In this document: piece by piece, positions 19,854 to 29,733 of the stretch
Layout: each line of letters begins with the position of its first letter
Numbering within the stretch: position 1 is the first letter of the stretch
From: Polyangiales bacterium
GTDB lineage: Bacteria > Myxococcota_A > Polyangia > Polyangiales > JADJQN01
DNA: 64,000 bases
Direction: 5' to 3'
NCBI GenBank assembly: GCA_964202905.1
Contig: CAXNJO010000003.1
Location: 96,001 to 160,000, forward strand
The notes under the pieces: model-generated
The model's database searches: none
The model's input: only the letters and a program-made list of their open reading frames with translations
What the model was told of the DNA's origin: nothing
Translations under genes and position numbers: made by a program

Positions 19854-20431
19854 AGGTGTGCTCGGACCAGACGCCGATGGTCTGGTCGTACGAGAATCCT
19901 GCGCAGGAATTGCGGCCACCGCAGGTGCGGGTGGATTTCGACGTAGCCGGACGCCGCGTCACAGAGCGCGGTGAAGTCCTCGAGCGAGATCGGCATCGCG
20001 GCGTCGCGCGAAGTCACCACGCGCACGCGGTCCGCGTCGCAGCGCGCATCGAGCAACCCGGCATCGAGCGATTCGCCAGCGTCGATGTCCGTGCCCGCGT
20101 CGAAGGACACGGCGGCGTCCATGTCCACGCCCGCATCGGTGTCGGCGCCTGCATCGGTGTCTGCCGCAGCGTCGGTGTCGCTGCCAGCATCGGTGTCGGC
20201 GCCCGCGTCCTGCGCGCGACCCGCGTCGGTGTCTTGACCAGCGTCGACCGGCGCGCTCGCGTCACGCCCCGCATCGACCGCCGGCTCGTCGTCGCCGGGG
20301 CCGCAGGCGCCCGTGAAGAAGAGCAAACCACCGAGGGCGGCGGACAAGAGCGACGCGCTCGCCGCAGGAGGCGCGGGGCGGGAGATGAGGTCGTCGAGGG
20401 GCATGGTGGTCGCGCGAGGATAGCGGATCAC
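19807..20431 (-). CDS. Putative MNIO RiPP precursor lipoprotein (bufferin BufA2-like Cys motifs); one extra base near 19925
   Basis: LLFFTGAC lipobox, DAG-repeat linker; removing one base gives ..EIHPHCGGRNSCAGFSYDQTIGVWSEHTCAGLNTCTGYTCVIP*; start is 20431 or 20404. Confidence 0.75.
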
Positions 20432-20447
20432 GCCGCGAAACGCGCGC

Positions 20448-21950
20448 TCAGGCGTCGAGCAGGCGCTCCGAGAAGGTGCGGGCGAGCGCCATGATGGTGT
20501 GTTGGGGGTTCACGCCGAGGTTCGTGGGGATGACCGACGCATCCGCGACCAGCAGGCCCTCGTAGCCGTGCACGCGGCCGCTCTCGTCCACGACCGAGCG
20601 GCGCGGGTCACGGCCCATCGGGCAGCCGCCGAAGAGGTGCGAGAGGATCGCGATGTAGGCGCGCGGGTCGAGCGGCGCCTCGTCGATCAGCGAGAGTTGA
20701 TCGGCCGTGATCTCGTAGGGCAGGCCGTAGATGCCGGGCACGATGCGCTTGGCGCCCGCGGCGAAGTGCGTGCGCGCGATGATGCCCATGCCCTTGCGCA
20801 GACGCAGCATGTCCGCGCGGTCGAATCCGTATTTGACGACGGGCTTGTTGAAGAAGCCGTTGCGCACGGTGCCGACGGACTCGGCGCGGACGGCCAAGAC
20901 CCACATCGCCATGTGTCGGTATTCGCCGAGGCGCGTCATCAGCTCGTGGCCGACGCCCGAGAGGCGGGAAGCGACCATTTCCGGCGGGATCGAGAGCGTC
21001 TCGAGCTTGAGGCCCGGCTCGACGCGGTATTCCGTCGAGGCCCAGCCCTGCGTCGCGCCGACGTTCATGTCGACGACGTCGTCGTAGATCCCGAAGATGC
21101 CCGTACCCGGATGTGCGCGGAAACCGCTGCCGAGCGCGGGATTGCGCACACCGCTGCGCTCGAGGATGGGCGCGCTGTGCGTGACGCTCGCGGCGACGAT
21201 CACGGCCTTGCGCGCACGCACGGTGAAGATGCCGCCCTTCTGGCGCGTCTGCGGGTGGCGGAAGCGGCCGGTGACGGCGGTGGCCCGGCGCCCCTGAAAA
21301 AGCACGCGATCGACGGGCGCGCAGGAGACGACGTGGCCGCCCTTGGCGAGCACCTCGGGGATGAACTGCAGATTCAACGACTGTTTGCGCAGCGAGCGAC
21401 ACCCCTGCAGACACTGGCCGGAACCGACGCAGCCCTTCGCGTAGCGGGTCATGACGTGGGAGTCGTAGCCCATCGCCTTCGCGCCCTGCATCGCGAGCTC
21501 GCTCGAGCGGCCCGCGGAGGGGCCGGGGACGAGCTCGGCGCAGAGCTCCTTCTCGAGCGTCTCTTGATGGGCCCAGATCGTGTGGCGGAAACTGCCCTGC
21601 GCGACGCCGTGCTCGCGCTCCCATTGGTCGAAGATGTCTTCGGGCGTGCGCACGCAAATCGCGCAGTTGATGACGGTGGTGCCGCCCACGCACGAGGCCT
21701 GCACGATGGGCCAGAGCGCGCGCCCCTGCGCGACGCCGGCGCCGAAATCGTCGAACAGATCGCGCATCGCGCCGTAGGCGGAGTGCGGATAATGCTCGGG
21801 GTCGCGCCAGGGGCCGGCCTCGACGATGGCGACGTGCGCGCCGCCGCGTGCGAGGGAATTGGCGGCCGTCGCGCCGCCCGCACCGGAGCCGACGACGACG
21901 TAATCGACATCGAGCGTGAAGGGCTCGTCGCGATAGGCGATGTGACTCAC
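20448..21950 (-). CDS. GMC-family oxidoreductase
   Basis: VVVGSGAGG, VGGTTVIN, CVGSGQCLQGC, SHLFGGCPMG, DASVIPTNLGVNPQHTIMALA. Confidence 0.92.
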   Translation of the reverse strand: MSHIAYRDEPFTLDVDYVVVGSGAGGATAANSLARGGAHVAIVEAGPWRDPEHYPHSAYGAMRDLFDDFGAGVAQGRALWPIVQASCVGGTTVINCAICVRTPEDIFDQWEREHGVAQGSFRHTIWAHQETLEKELCAELVPGPSAGRSSELAMQGAKAMGYDSHVMTRYAKGCVGSGQCLQGCRSLRKQSLNLQFIPEVLAKGGHVVSCAPVDRVLFQGRRATAVTGRFRHPQTRQKGGIFTVRARKAVIVAASVTHSAPILERSGVRNPALGSGFRAHPGTGIFGIYDDVVDMNVGATQGWASTEYRVEPGLKLETLSIPPEMVASRLSGVGHELMTRLGEYRHMAMWVLAVRAESVGTVRNGFFNKPVVKYGFDRADMLRLRKGMGIIARTHFAAGAKRIVPGIYGLPYEITADQLSLIDEAPLDPRAYIAILSHLFGGCPMGRDPRRSVVDESGRVHGYEGLLVADASVIPTNLGVNPQHTIMALARTFSERLLDA

Positions 21951-22339
21951 GACTGCCTCCACGTGCCCGGATCCGCGGGCATCGGCGGGAGCCCGAACTT
22001 CGCGCGGACGGCCGGGTCCGCGCCCCAGCAGAGCCCCGCGACCATCTTCACGAGGAACACCGCCTGACGCAGCAGGTAGATGCGTGACGAGAGCACGCGG
22101 GAGGCGTGTTTCTCGCGGAGTGCCGAGGGCAGCAGAAAGGCCGGCAGCGGCACGAACACCGTGAGAATCGGTGTGAGGTGAAAGAGCAGTGAGCCGCCGA
22201 TCACGCCGAGCCAGATGAGGAAGGCGGACTCGCGACGGAAGCGCACGAGGAACTCGTCGATTCCGGTATCCGCGAGGCCGGGGAAGGCCGCGGTGCGCGG
22301 GTAGAGCGTCAGCATCGCGGAGCGGATGAGCCAGTTCAC
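21947..22339 (-). CDS. Small GMC-associated protein (dehydrogenase small-subunit-like)
   Basis: GTGA overlap with the GMC gene; SRIYLLRQAVFLVKMVAGLCWGADP. Confidence 0.6.
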   Translation of the reverse strand: MNWLIRSAMLTLYPRTAAFPGLADTGIDEFLVRFRRESAFLIWLGVIGGSLLFHLTPILTVFVPLPAFLLPSALREKHASRVLSSRIYLLRQAVFLVKMVAGLCWGADPAVRAKFGLPPMPADPGTWRQS

Positions 22340-22416
22340 GGTGGGGCCGAGCGTACACGACGTCACGCGGCTTGCCGTCATGCCGGAGTCACGGCGAGGT
22401 CAGGGAGTCGCAGACC

Positions 22417-23754
22417 TCAGGGAGATGGCGGCGTTTCTGCCGCGGCAGGCTGCTCCACCTCGCCGAACACACCCTCCCACTTCGCGATGACGACCGACGC
22501 GAGCGCGTTGCCGAGCACGTTCGTCATCGTGCGCGCCATGTCCATCACCTCGTCGACGGCGAGGATGAGCGCGATGCCCGCTTCGCCCGGCAATCCGAAC
22601 GTCGCGCACGCGCCCGCGATGATCACGAGCGTCGCGCGCGGCACGGCGGCGACGCCCTTCGAGGTGAGCATGAAGGTGAAGACCATCGCGGCCTGCTGCG
22701 CGAGGCTCATCTCGATCTTCGCGGCCTGCGCGATCGTGAGGCTCGCGAGCACGAGATAGAGCGTCGAGCCGTCGAGGTTGAAGCTGTAGCCCGCGGGGAT
22801 GACGAAGCTCGCGACGCGCCGCGGGACGCCGAGCGCGATCATCTTCTCGAGGAGCTGCGGGAGCACGCTCTCGCTCGACGCCGTCGAGAACGCCGTGAGC
22901 GCCGGCTCGCGCACCGCGCGCACGAAGTCGAGGATGCGCACGCCGGTCATCACGAGGATCGGCAGGAACACGAGGCCGATGAGCAACGCGAGCGCGAGGT
23001 AGAGCGAGCCCACGAGGCGCGCGTACTGCGCGAGCAGGTGGCCGACGGCGGACCAGCCACGAATCGTCACGCCGCCGACCTCGTGGCCCGCGGCCATGTG
23101 GCTCACGTTGTAGGCCATCGCGCCGAACACGCCGACCGGCGTGAGGCGCATGACCATGTCGGTGTATTTGAACATCACCTGCGCGACGCCCTCGAAGAAC
23201 GAGAGGACGGGCCGCCCGCGCGGGCCGACGCGGATGAGCGCGATGCCGAAGAGCGTCGCGAAGACGACGACCGGGAGCACATCGGCCTCGGCCGCGTGCT
23301 TGACGAGGTTCGAGGGAAACGCGTGCAGCGCGATCTCCCAGCCCGTCTTCTCACGCGCGAGCTCGGGGCCCGCGGCGTGCGCGGGGAGCGGGAGTCCGTC
23401 GCCGGGACGCAGCACGTTCGCGACGAGCAGGCCGATGCCGAGCGCGAGCGTCGTGACGACCTCGAAGTAGAGCAGCGCCTTGCCGCCCATGCGGCCGACG
23501 GCCTTCACATCGCCCGTCTGCGCGATGCCCGTGATCAGGGTCGCGATGAGGATCGGGACGATGATGCTCTTGATGAGCGTGATGAACGCCTTCGAGAGGA
23601 AGTGGAAGAACTCGTAGGCGACGGGGAAGCGATCCTGCGGGAGAAATCCGCCGCAGAGCACGCCGAGGACGAGCGCGGCGAACACGATGCCGGTCGCGTG
23701 GCGCTGCGCGAACGACTTGGGCTCCGGGGTCGGCGCGGGCGGCGGAGATTGCAT
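22417..23754 (-). CDS. Dicarboxylate/amino acid:cation symporter (GltP/DctA family)
   Basis: AFSTASSESVLP, GYSFNLDGSTLY, SKGVAAVP, DMARTMTNVLGN. Confidence 0.93.
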   Translation of the reverse strand: MQSPPPAPTPEPKSFAQRHATGIVFAALVLGVLCGGFLPQDRFPVAYEFFHFLSKAFITLIKSIIVPILIATLITGIAQTGDVKAVGRMGGKALLYFEVVTTLALGIGLLVANVLRPGDGLPLPAHAAGPELAREKTGWEIALHAFPSNLVKHAAEADVLPVVVFATLFGIALIRVGPRGRPVLSFFEGVAQVMFKYTDMVMRLTPVGVFGAMAYNVSHMAAGHEVGGVTIRGWSAVGHLLAQYARLVGSLYLALALLIGLVFLPILVMTGVRILDFVRAVREPALTAFSTASSESVLPQLLEKMIALGVPRRVASFVIPAGYSFNLDGSTLYLVLASLTIAQAAKIEMSLAQQAAMVFTFMLTSKGVAAVPRATLVIIAGACATFGLPGEAGIALILAVDEVMDMARTMTNVLGNALASVVIAKWEGVFGEVEQPAAAETPPSP

Positions 23755-23814
23755 GGAGATGCTGGTATCACGAGCGAAGGCGCTCGCGGGGGACGCACGC
23801 GCGGGGCGCGACCG

Positions 23815-25757
23815 TCAGTGCACCGCGCCGACCCGCTCGGCGAGGGCCACGGGCGCACCGCCGCGGCGCGGATCGCTCGCGCCGACGAGCGTGCCGTCGG
23901 GCTCGACGAAGATGGCCTGCACATCGCCCTGGAGCGGCTGCGACGCAGACGCGCTCGGTGGCGGTGTGGCCCATGGCCGTCAGGGCTGCGACCACGTTTG
24001 GCTCGAGCCCACCGCGCTCGAACTGCAAGGTGTCCGGCAGGTGCTGGTGGTGCAGGCGCGGGGCCGCGAGCGCCTCGCGCGGCGTCATGCCGAAGGTGAG
24101 GACGTTCTCGATCGACCTGCGCCACCGAGCTGATGATCGTGGGGCCGCCGGGGCTGCCGAGCACGAGCCGCACACGCCCCGTCACACCATCGCTGACGAT
24201 GGTGGGGGACATCGACGAGAGCATGCGTTTTCGCGGCGCGATCGCGTTCGCCTCGCCCATCACGAGCCCATATTGGTTGGGCGCGCCGGGGTTCGCGGCG
24301 AAGTCGTCCATCTCGTTGTTGAGGAAGAAGCCCGCGCCCTCGACGACGACGCGCGCGCCGTAGAGCGAGTTGATCGTCGTGGTGACGGCGACGGCGTTCC
24401 CGTCGCCGTCGACGACCGAGTAGTGCGTGGTGTGCGTGCCCTCGCGCGGGGTCTGCGCGACGGCGGGCACGGGCAGGCCCGCGGGCACGTCACGCGAAGG
24501 CGTCGCGCGCGCAGGGTCGATCGTCGCACCGCGCGTGGCGAGATATTCGGACGAGAGCAGCGCTTCCGTCGGTACATCGACGAAGGCCGGGTCGCCGAGC
24601 AGCGCGTTGCGGTCGGCGAAGGCGCGGCGCGAGGCCTCCGCGAAGAGGTGCACGTGCTCGCGCGAATGGAAGCCGAAGCGCTCGACGCGGTGCGGCTCGA
24701 GCATCGCGAGCAGGGCGCCGAGCGCGACGCCGCCCGACGAGGGCGGACCCATGCTGTCGACGTCGTGACCACGCACGCGGACGCGCACCGGCGCGCGCCA
24801 CACCGCCTCGTAGGCGGCGAGATCGGCCTCCGTGATCAGGCCATTTCCGCGCGTCATCTCGCGCGCGACGAGCTGCGCGGTGCGCCCGCGGTAGAAGCCA
24901 TCCGCGCCCTGGTCGCGGATGCGCGCGAGCGTCTGCGCGAGGTCGCGCTGCGCGAGCACGTCACCGACGCGCAGCACGTGCCCCCCCGCGAGGAAGATGC
25001 GCGCGGTCTGCGGGAAGCGCGCGAAGAAGGCGTCGCCCATCCGCGCGAAGGAGAACGCGAGGCGGTCGTGCACGACGTGTCGCTCGGCGAGCGCGATCGC
25101 GGGCGCGACGAGGTCCCCCCACGGCAGCGCGCCGTGGCGCTGATGCAGCGCCCACATCCCGCGCACGCTGCCCGGCACGCCCGCTGCGCGGTGGCCGATC
25201 GCGGCCTCGGGGAGCACGCGCCCGTCGGGTCCGAGGAACATGTCGCGCGTCGCGGCGGCCGGCGCCGTCTCGCGGAAATCGAGCGTCGACGTCTCGCCGG
25301 CCTTCGTGCGCGCGACGAGGAAGCCGCCGCCGCCGAGGTTGCCCGCTTCGGGATTCACGACCGCGAGCGCGAAGTGCACGGCCACGACCGCGTCGAAGGC
25401 GTTGCCGCCGCGCCGCAGCATCTCGACGCCGACCTCGCTCGCGATGCGATCGGTCGACGCGACCATGCCGGCGCGCCCGCGCGCGACGAGCACGTCGTCG
25501 GCCCCGATGCGCCAGCCCGCGGGGATCGCGCGCCGCATGGGCTGCGCGACGTCTTCGCCCTCCTCGGGAGCGCGCGTCGCGGGATTCGCGGCGGGCGCGG
25601 CGCAGCGCGACGACGATACCTGCGTCGGCAAGGGCGCGGGATGCGCGGACGGAGCGCTGCCGCACGCGGCCACGAGGGGGAGGACGGCGAGCGCGACGAC
25701 CTGCGCGACGACCCGCGCCGGAAGCGCGTGAAACCACCGCGGAACACGCGAGATCAT
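23815..25757 (-). CDS. ggt: Gamma-glutamyltransferase lipoprotein, frameshifts near 24115 and 23945
   Basis: GGNAFDA, DFRETAP, PPSSGG, TTHYSVVD, LNNEMDDF, LSSMSP, GSPGG, APRLHHQHLPD, GASDPRRGG. Confidence 0.92.
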
Positions 25758-25812
25758 GGGCCTGAGTCGAACACGCCCCGCGCGCCGCGTCGAGGCCGCG
25801 CACGGCGCGCGC

Positions 25813-27090
25813 ATGCGCGGTACGCTGCCGGCGGTGACCGCGCTCCCGACGGCGATGCTCACGCTCCCCGCGTCCGGCGAGCGCACCGTCGATCGGCTCC
25901 TCGAGGGCGTGGCGCAGCACGCGCTGCGCACGTTGCTCACGCGGCCCGCGCACGATCTGCCGCCCACGCTCGCGCGTGCGCTGCCGCCCGTGCAATGGGC
26001 GCTCGCCCGCTTCGCGCAGCGCGACCCGGCGCGGCTGCTCGCGGCCGTCGCCGCGCCCGACGTGCTCGCCCCGGCGCTCGCGCTCGCGGGTGGTGCACAC
26101 CCCGCGGCCGACTGCGTGTCGCGCGCCGTACCCGCGCTGCTCGCGGCGCTCGGCAGCCTGCCCGAGAACACGCGCTGGGACGCGCCGGTCGCGCTGCTCG
26201 TCGACGCGACCCGCGAGCGCGTGCTCCGCGTCGAGCCCGCGGCGCGCGCGTTGCGGATCGGGCGCGAAGGGCTCCACGTCGAGGCGACCGGCGGCGGGCT
26301 GCGCCTCGACGCATCGGACGACGCGGCGCGCGCGCTGCCGCAGGTGCGGGTGGAGGCCCCGTTCACGCGCGTGCACGACACGCTGCCCGCGCTGCGCCTC
26401 GCGACGCTCGACACGAACCCGCTCGCGATGCTCGAGGCGCACCCCGAGAAACAGGGCAACGCCATCGATCTCGCCGGTCGCACGACGGCCGAGTGGGCCC
26501 GCGCGCTCCACGAAGGGCTCGAGCTCGTGCGCGTCGCGCTGCCCGCGTGGTGGGAGGAGCTGCCGCGCACGCTCGCGCGGATCGTGCCCGTCGGCTGGCA
26601 CGGCGAGCGGCACTTCTCCGCGAGCTACCGCGAGGCGCCGCGCGTCGCGTACGTGTCGCTGCACCCCGATCCGCTCACGCTCGCCGAGGCGATCGTGCAC
26701 GAGACGCAGCACGGCAAGCTCAACCTGCTGACCTGGTCCGACGCGGTCCTCGAGAACGGCTACACGGCATGGACGACGTCGCCCGTGCGGCCGGATCTGC
26801 GGCCGATCATGGGCGTGCTGCTCGCGGTGCACGCCTTCGTGCCCGTCGCCGCGCTGCACCACGGACTGGCGTCGGCGGGGCACCCGATCGCCGCGACGCC
26901 CACCTTCGCGCGGCGGCGCGCCGAAGTGCTCGCCGGCAACGCGCGCGGCCTCGCCATCCTCCACGAGAAGGCCGCTCCAACGACGCGCGGTGCGCGGATC
27001 CTCGACGACCTCGCGCGGCTGCACGCGTTCCTCGCGGAGGGCACGGCGACGCTCGCGGACGTGCGCGCAGACACGGCGCTCCCCGGCTGA
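25813..27090 (+). CDS. HEXXH-motif protein (aKG-HExxH peptide beta-hydroxylase-like)
   Basis: FSASYREAP, LAEAIVHETQHGKLNLL, SPVRPDLRPIMGVLLAVHAF. Confidence 0.8.
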   Translation: MRGTLPAVTALPTAMLTLPASGERTVDRLLEGVAQHALRTLLTRPAHDLPPTLARALPPVQWALARFAQRDPARLLAAVAAPDVLAPALALAGGAHPAADCVSRAVPALLAALGSLPENTRWDAPVALLVDATRERVLRVEPAARALRIGREGLHVEATGGGLRLDASDDAARALPQVRVEAPFTRVHDTLPALRLATLDTNPLAMLEAHPEKQGNAIDLAGRTTAEWARALHEGLELVRVALPAWWEELPRTLARIVPVGWHGERHFSASYREAPRVAYVSLHPDPLTLAEAIVHETQHGKLNLLTWSDAVLENGYTAWTTSPVRPDLRPIMGVLLAVHAFVPVAALHHGLASAGHPIAATPTFARRRAEVLAGNARGLAILHEKAAPTTRGARILDDLARLHAFLAEGTATLADVRADTALPG

Positions 27091-27112
27091 GCCGGGCGCG
27101 ACGCTGGATATA

Positions 27113-28744
27113 TCAAGGAGGTTGCGGTGTCGGGTCTCCTGCACCGCGCGCGGGCGGGGCGCCAAAGCGCCGTCGATAGCCGGCACGGCCGTTCTCGTAC
27201 TCCGGGAAGCGACGCAGGAGTTCTTCGAAGAGCGCGCGGGCCTCATCGCGCGCGCCGGCGTCATCGAGCAGGGACGCGAGGTTGTGGAGCACCTTCGCGT
27301 CGGGCGGGCTCTCGCGACGCGCGCGTCGGAGCACCGCGATCGCCTCGTCGCGACGCCCGGTCCGCGCGAGCAGCAGCGCGAGGTTGTTCGCCGCACGACG
27401 ACCCGACACCGTCGCGAACCCCTCGCGACGCAGCGCCTCTCGGAACCCCGCATCGGCCTCGGCGAATCGACCGCGAGACTCGAGCGCCATCGCCGCCTGG
27501 TACGGGCCGAGCGACGAATCCGGGGCGCGCGCGGTGAGGTCCACGAAGCACGCGACCGGGTCCGCGAAGAGCGCCGCGTAAGGCGCCGTGCCCGCCACGC
27601 ACGCCGCGACGAGCGCCCCACGCAGCGTCGTGCCGATCCACGGACGCGCGCGCGCCGCGAGGGACTCGACCACCGCGGCGACCGCGACACACGGCCCGAG
27701 CACCGCGACGAAGAGGTAGCGATCGGCCATGCGGTTCTGGAGCGGCGCGAACACCTGGCTCACGGGCAGGAGCGCGGCGCTGAACCAGAACAGCGCAAAC
27801 GCCGGCCTCCGCTCGCCCCGACGCCACGCGAGCGCCGCACCGAGCGCGAGCGCCGCGGCCCCGGCGATCGCGAGGAGCGCGACGGGATCCGCGATCGTCC
27901 GCGCAGGCACCGGATGCACGAGCGACGGCCGCACGAGCCCGAGCGAGAGCCCGACATATTCCCAGAAGACCGGCGCCATCGTCGCCACGGCGGCGGCCCG
28001 CGATCCGCCCGGCAGCGCCGCGAGCATGGACACCGACGCGCCGACCCGCGCGTGCACGAGCGCGGCCAGCAACGCCACCGCGCCGGAGAGCAGCAGCCCG
28101 ACACGGTCGGTGCGCCGCCGCGCGAGCAGGTCGTGCGCGACGAAGAGCAGCGGCACGACGACGCTCATCGCCTTCGACCCACACGCGAGCGCGACGAGCA
28201 GCGGCACGAGCACGCGCCGCAGGGACGCTCGCTCGCCCGCCCAGACGCGCAGCGCCGCGGCCGTGAAGAGCAGCGCGAGCTGGTCCTTGCGCCCCGCGAG
28301 CCAGGCGACGGACTCGACGTGCACCGGGTGCAGCGCGAAGAGCCACACCGCGAGCGCCGGGACCTCGGGAACCCGGCCTGCCCAACCAAGCAGCAGCGCG
28401 CACGCCGCGGCGTAGAGCAGCACGGATACCGCGCGCATCGGCAGCGGCGCGGGCCCGAACGCGCGCAGCTCGAGCCACACGAAGGCGTCGCGCACCGGCA
28501 GGTACTCGGCGCCGAGCGCGAGGCGCGTCGGCACGGAGAAGTCGGTCGCGGCGGTGACGAGCGCGACCGGCGAGGGGTCCGCGAGCACGCGGTTCTCGCG
28601 GACGAGCCAGTCGTCGTCGTACTCGAGCCACGCGGGAGCGAGGCTCCCCGCGTACGCCGCGACCACGAACGCCACGAGCAGCGCCGCGCCGATCCACGGC
28701 GTACGGAGCGAGGCTGGAGGGGCGGAGGAGGACGTCTCGTGCAT
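27113..28744 (-). CDS. TMTC-like GT-C glycosyltransferase with C-terminal TPRs
   Basis: EYDDDWLV.EN, YLPVRD, LFALHPVHVESVAWLAGRKD, MADRYLF; TPR-like tail. Confidence 0.85.
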   Translation of the reverse strand: MHETSSSAPPASLRTPWIGAALLVAFVVAAYAGSLAPAWLEYDDDWLVRENRVLADPSPVALVTAATDFSVPTRLALGAEYLPVRDAFVWLELRAFGPAPLPMRAVSVLLYAAACALLLGWAGRVPEVPALAVWLFALHPVHVESVAWLAGRKDQLALLFTAAALRVWAGERASLRRVLVPLLVALACGSKAMSVVVPLLFVAHDLLARRRTDRVGLLLSGAVALLAALVHARVGASVSMLAALPGGSRAAAVATMAPVFWEYVGLSLGLVRPSLVHPVPARTIADPVALLAIAGAAALALGAALAWRRGERRPAFALFWFSAALLPVSQVFAPLQNRMADRYLFVAVLGPCVAVAAVVESLAARARPWIGTTLRGALVAACVAGTAPYAALFADPVACFVDLTARAPDSSLGPYQAAMALESRGRFAEADAGFREALRREGFATVSGRRAANNLALLLARTGRRDEAIAVLRRARRESPPDAKVLHNLASLLDDAGARDEARALFEELLRRFPEYENGRAGYRRRFGAPPARGAGDPTPQPP

Positions 28745-28822
28745 CGTCGCGGGCTCCGCACGGGGCGCGGCGCATTCCTGGGCGAAGCGCGCTCACCGGG
28801 CCGCGCGTTCACGCAATCGCGC

Positions 28823-29014
28823 GCTGACTCGACGGCGTGCTGACTCGACGGCGTGCTGACTCGACGGCGTGCTGACTCGACGGCGTGCTGACTCGACGGC
28901 GTGCTGACTCGACGGCGTGCTGACTCGACGGCGTGCTGACTCGACGGCGTGCTGACTCGACGGCGTGCTGACTCGACGGCGTGCTGACTCGACGGCGTGC
29001 TGACTCGACGGCGT
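28823..29014. repeat. Tandem repeat, 12 exact copies of 16-bp GCTGACTCGACGGCGT
   Basis: 192 bp = 12 x 16 with no spacers. Confidence 0.97.
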
Positions 29015-29020
29015 GACGAA

Positions 29021-29053
29021 CAACGCCCTGGTCCCGTGGGGATCAGGGCGTTG
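29021..29053 (-). terminator. Hairpin terminator after tRNA-Lys
   Basis: CAACGCCCTGGTCCC-GTG-GGGATCAGGGCGTTG stem with a short T-containing tail on the minus strand. Confidence 0.7.
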
Positions 29054-29058
29054 GAGGG

Positions 29059-29131
29059 TGGGTCATCCCGGACTCGAACCGGGAGCCAATGGATTAAGAA
29101 TCCACTGCTCTACCAATTGAGCTAATGACCC
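29059..29131 (-). tRNA. tRNA-Lys(CTT)
   Basis: GGGTCATTAGCTCAATTGGTAGAGC..GTGGA-TTCTTAA-TCCAT..GGTTCGAGTCC..ATGACCCA; CCA not encoded. Confidence 0.95.
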
Positions 29132-29218
29132 GAACAGAACGAGCGACCGCGATCTCCGACCAACTGGCCCCTTTGCGACGTCCAAGGGACCGCACTGCTG
29201 ATTGCCTGACCGAGCTGC

Positions 29219-29269
29219 CTGCCTGCCTAACCGAACTGCCTGCCTAACCGAACTGCCTGCCTAACCGAA
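29219..29269. repeat. Tandem repeat, 3 exact copies of 17-bp CTGCCTGCCTAACCGAA plus degenerate flanking copies
   Basis: Read directly in the Arg-Lys tRNA spacer. Confidence 0.9.
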
Positions 29270-29335
29270 CTGCCTGCCTGACCTGACGAACTGCAGATCC
29301 CAGCGAACCGCTTGCCCGATCCCGCCACCGGGTTG

Positions 29336-29409
29336 CGCGCCCGGGGTGATTCGAACACCCGACCGCCGGATTCGAAGTCCGATGCTCTATCCAGCTGAGC
29401 TACGAGCGC
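29336..29409 (-). tRNA. tRNA-Arg(TCG)
   Basis: GCGCTCGTAGCTCAGCTGGATAGAGC..TCGGA-CTTCGAA-TCCGG..TGTTCGAATCA..CGGGCGCG. Confidence 0.93.
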
Positions 29410-29451
29410 TCTCGCGAGCCAATCTCCGACACGAACCGGAGACCGGCGCGA

Positions 29452-29479
29452 CTTCTATTCGATCCCACACAGATGTCAA
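29452..29479 (-). promoter_or_regulatory. Sigma70-like promoter for tRNA-Arg/Lys
   Basis: TTGACA-N16-TAGAAG on the minus strand. Confidence 0.55.
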
Positions 29480-29544
29480 GCGAGAGTTCCCGTGTTCCCC
29501 GGGTCGCCTCGCGGGAGATCGATGACCGGGGTGTCTGCCTCGCC

Positions 29545-29620
29545 GAGGGCTGCCCTGTTTGCAGAGGGCTGCCCTGTTTGCCCAGGGCTGCCCTGTTTGC
29601 CCAGGGCTGCCCTGTCTGAA
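29545..29620. repeat. Tandem repeat, 4 copies of 19-bp (G/C)AGGGCTGCCCTGTTTGC(A/C); last copy degenerate
   Basis: Read directly in the His-Arg tRNA spacer; each unit holds the mini-hairpin AGGG-CTG-CCCT. Confidence 0.9.
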
Positions 29621-29733
29621 CGGCGCTCAACACCGCGGCCGGAGGGCACTGGCCCCCAACCTGGCCGGGGACCGAGAGGCACTCCCGAGGCGCCCACGCG
29701 GGCCCGACCCTCGGGAGAAGGAACCAAGAGCGG

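Noticed and set aside
18038..20431. Single 797-aa ORF from the ORF track
   Set aside because: It is an artefactual join of the precursor N-terminus to a separate secreted gene that has its own signal peptide at 19759.
28823..29014. CRISPR array
   Set aside because: The units are contiguous 16-mers with no unique spacers, and no cas genes are present.
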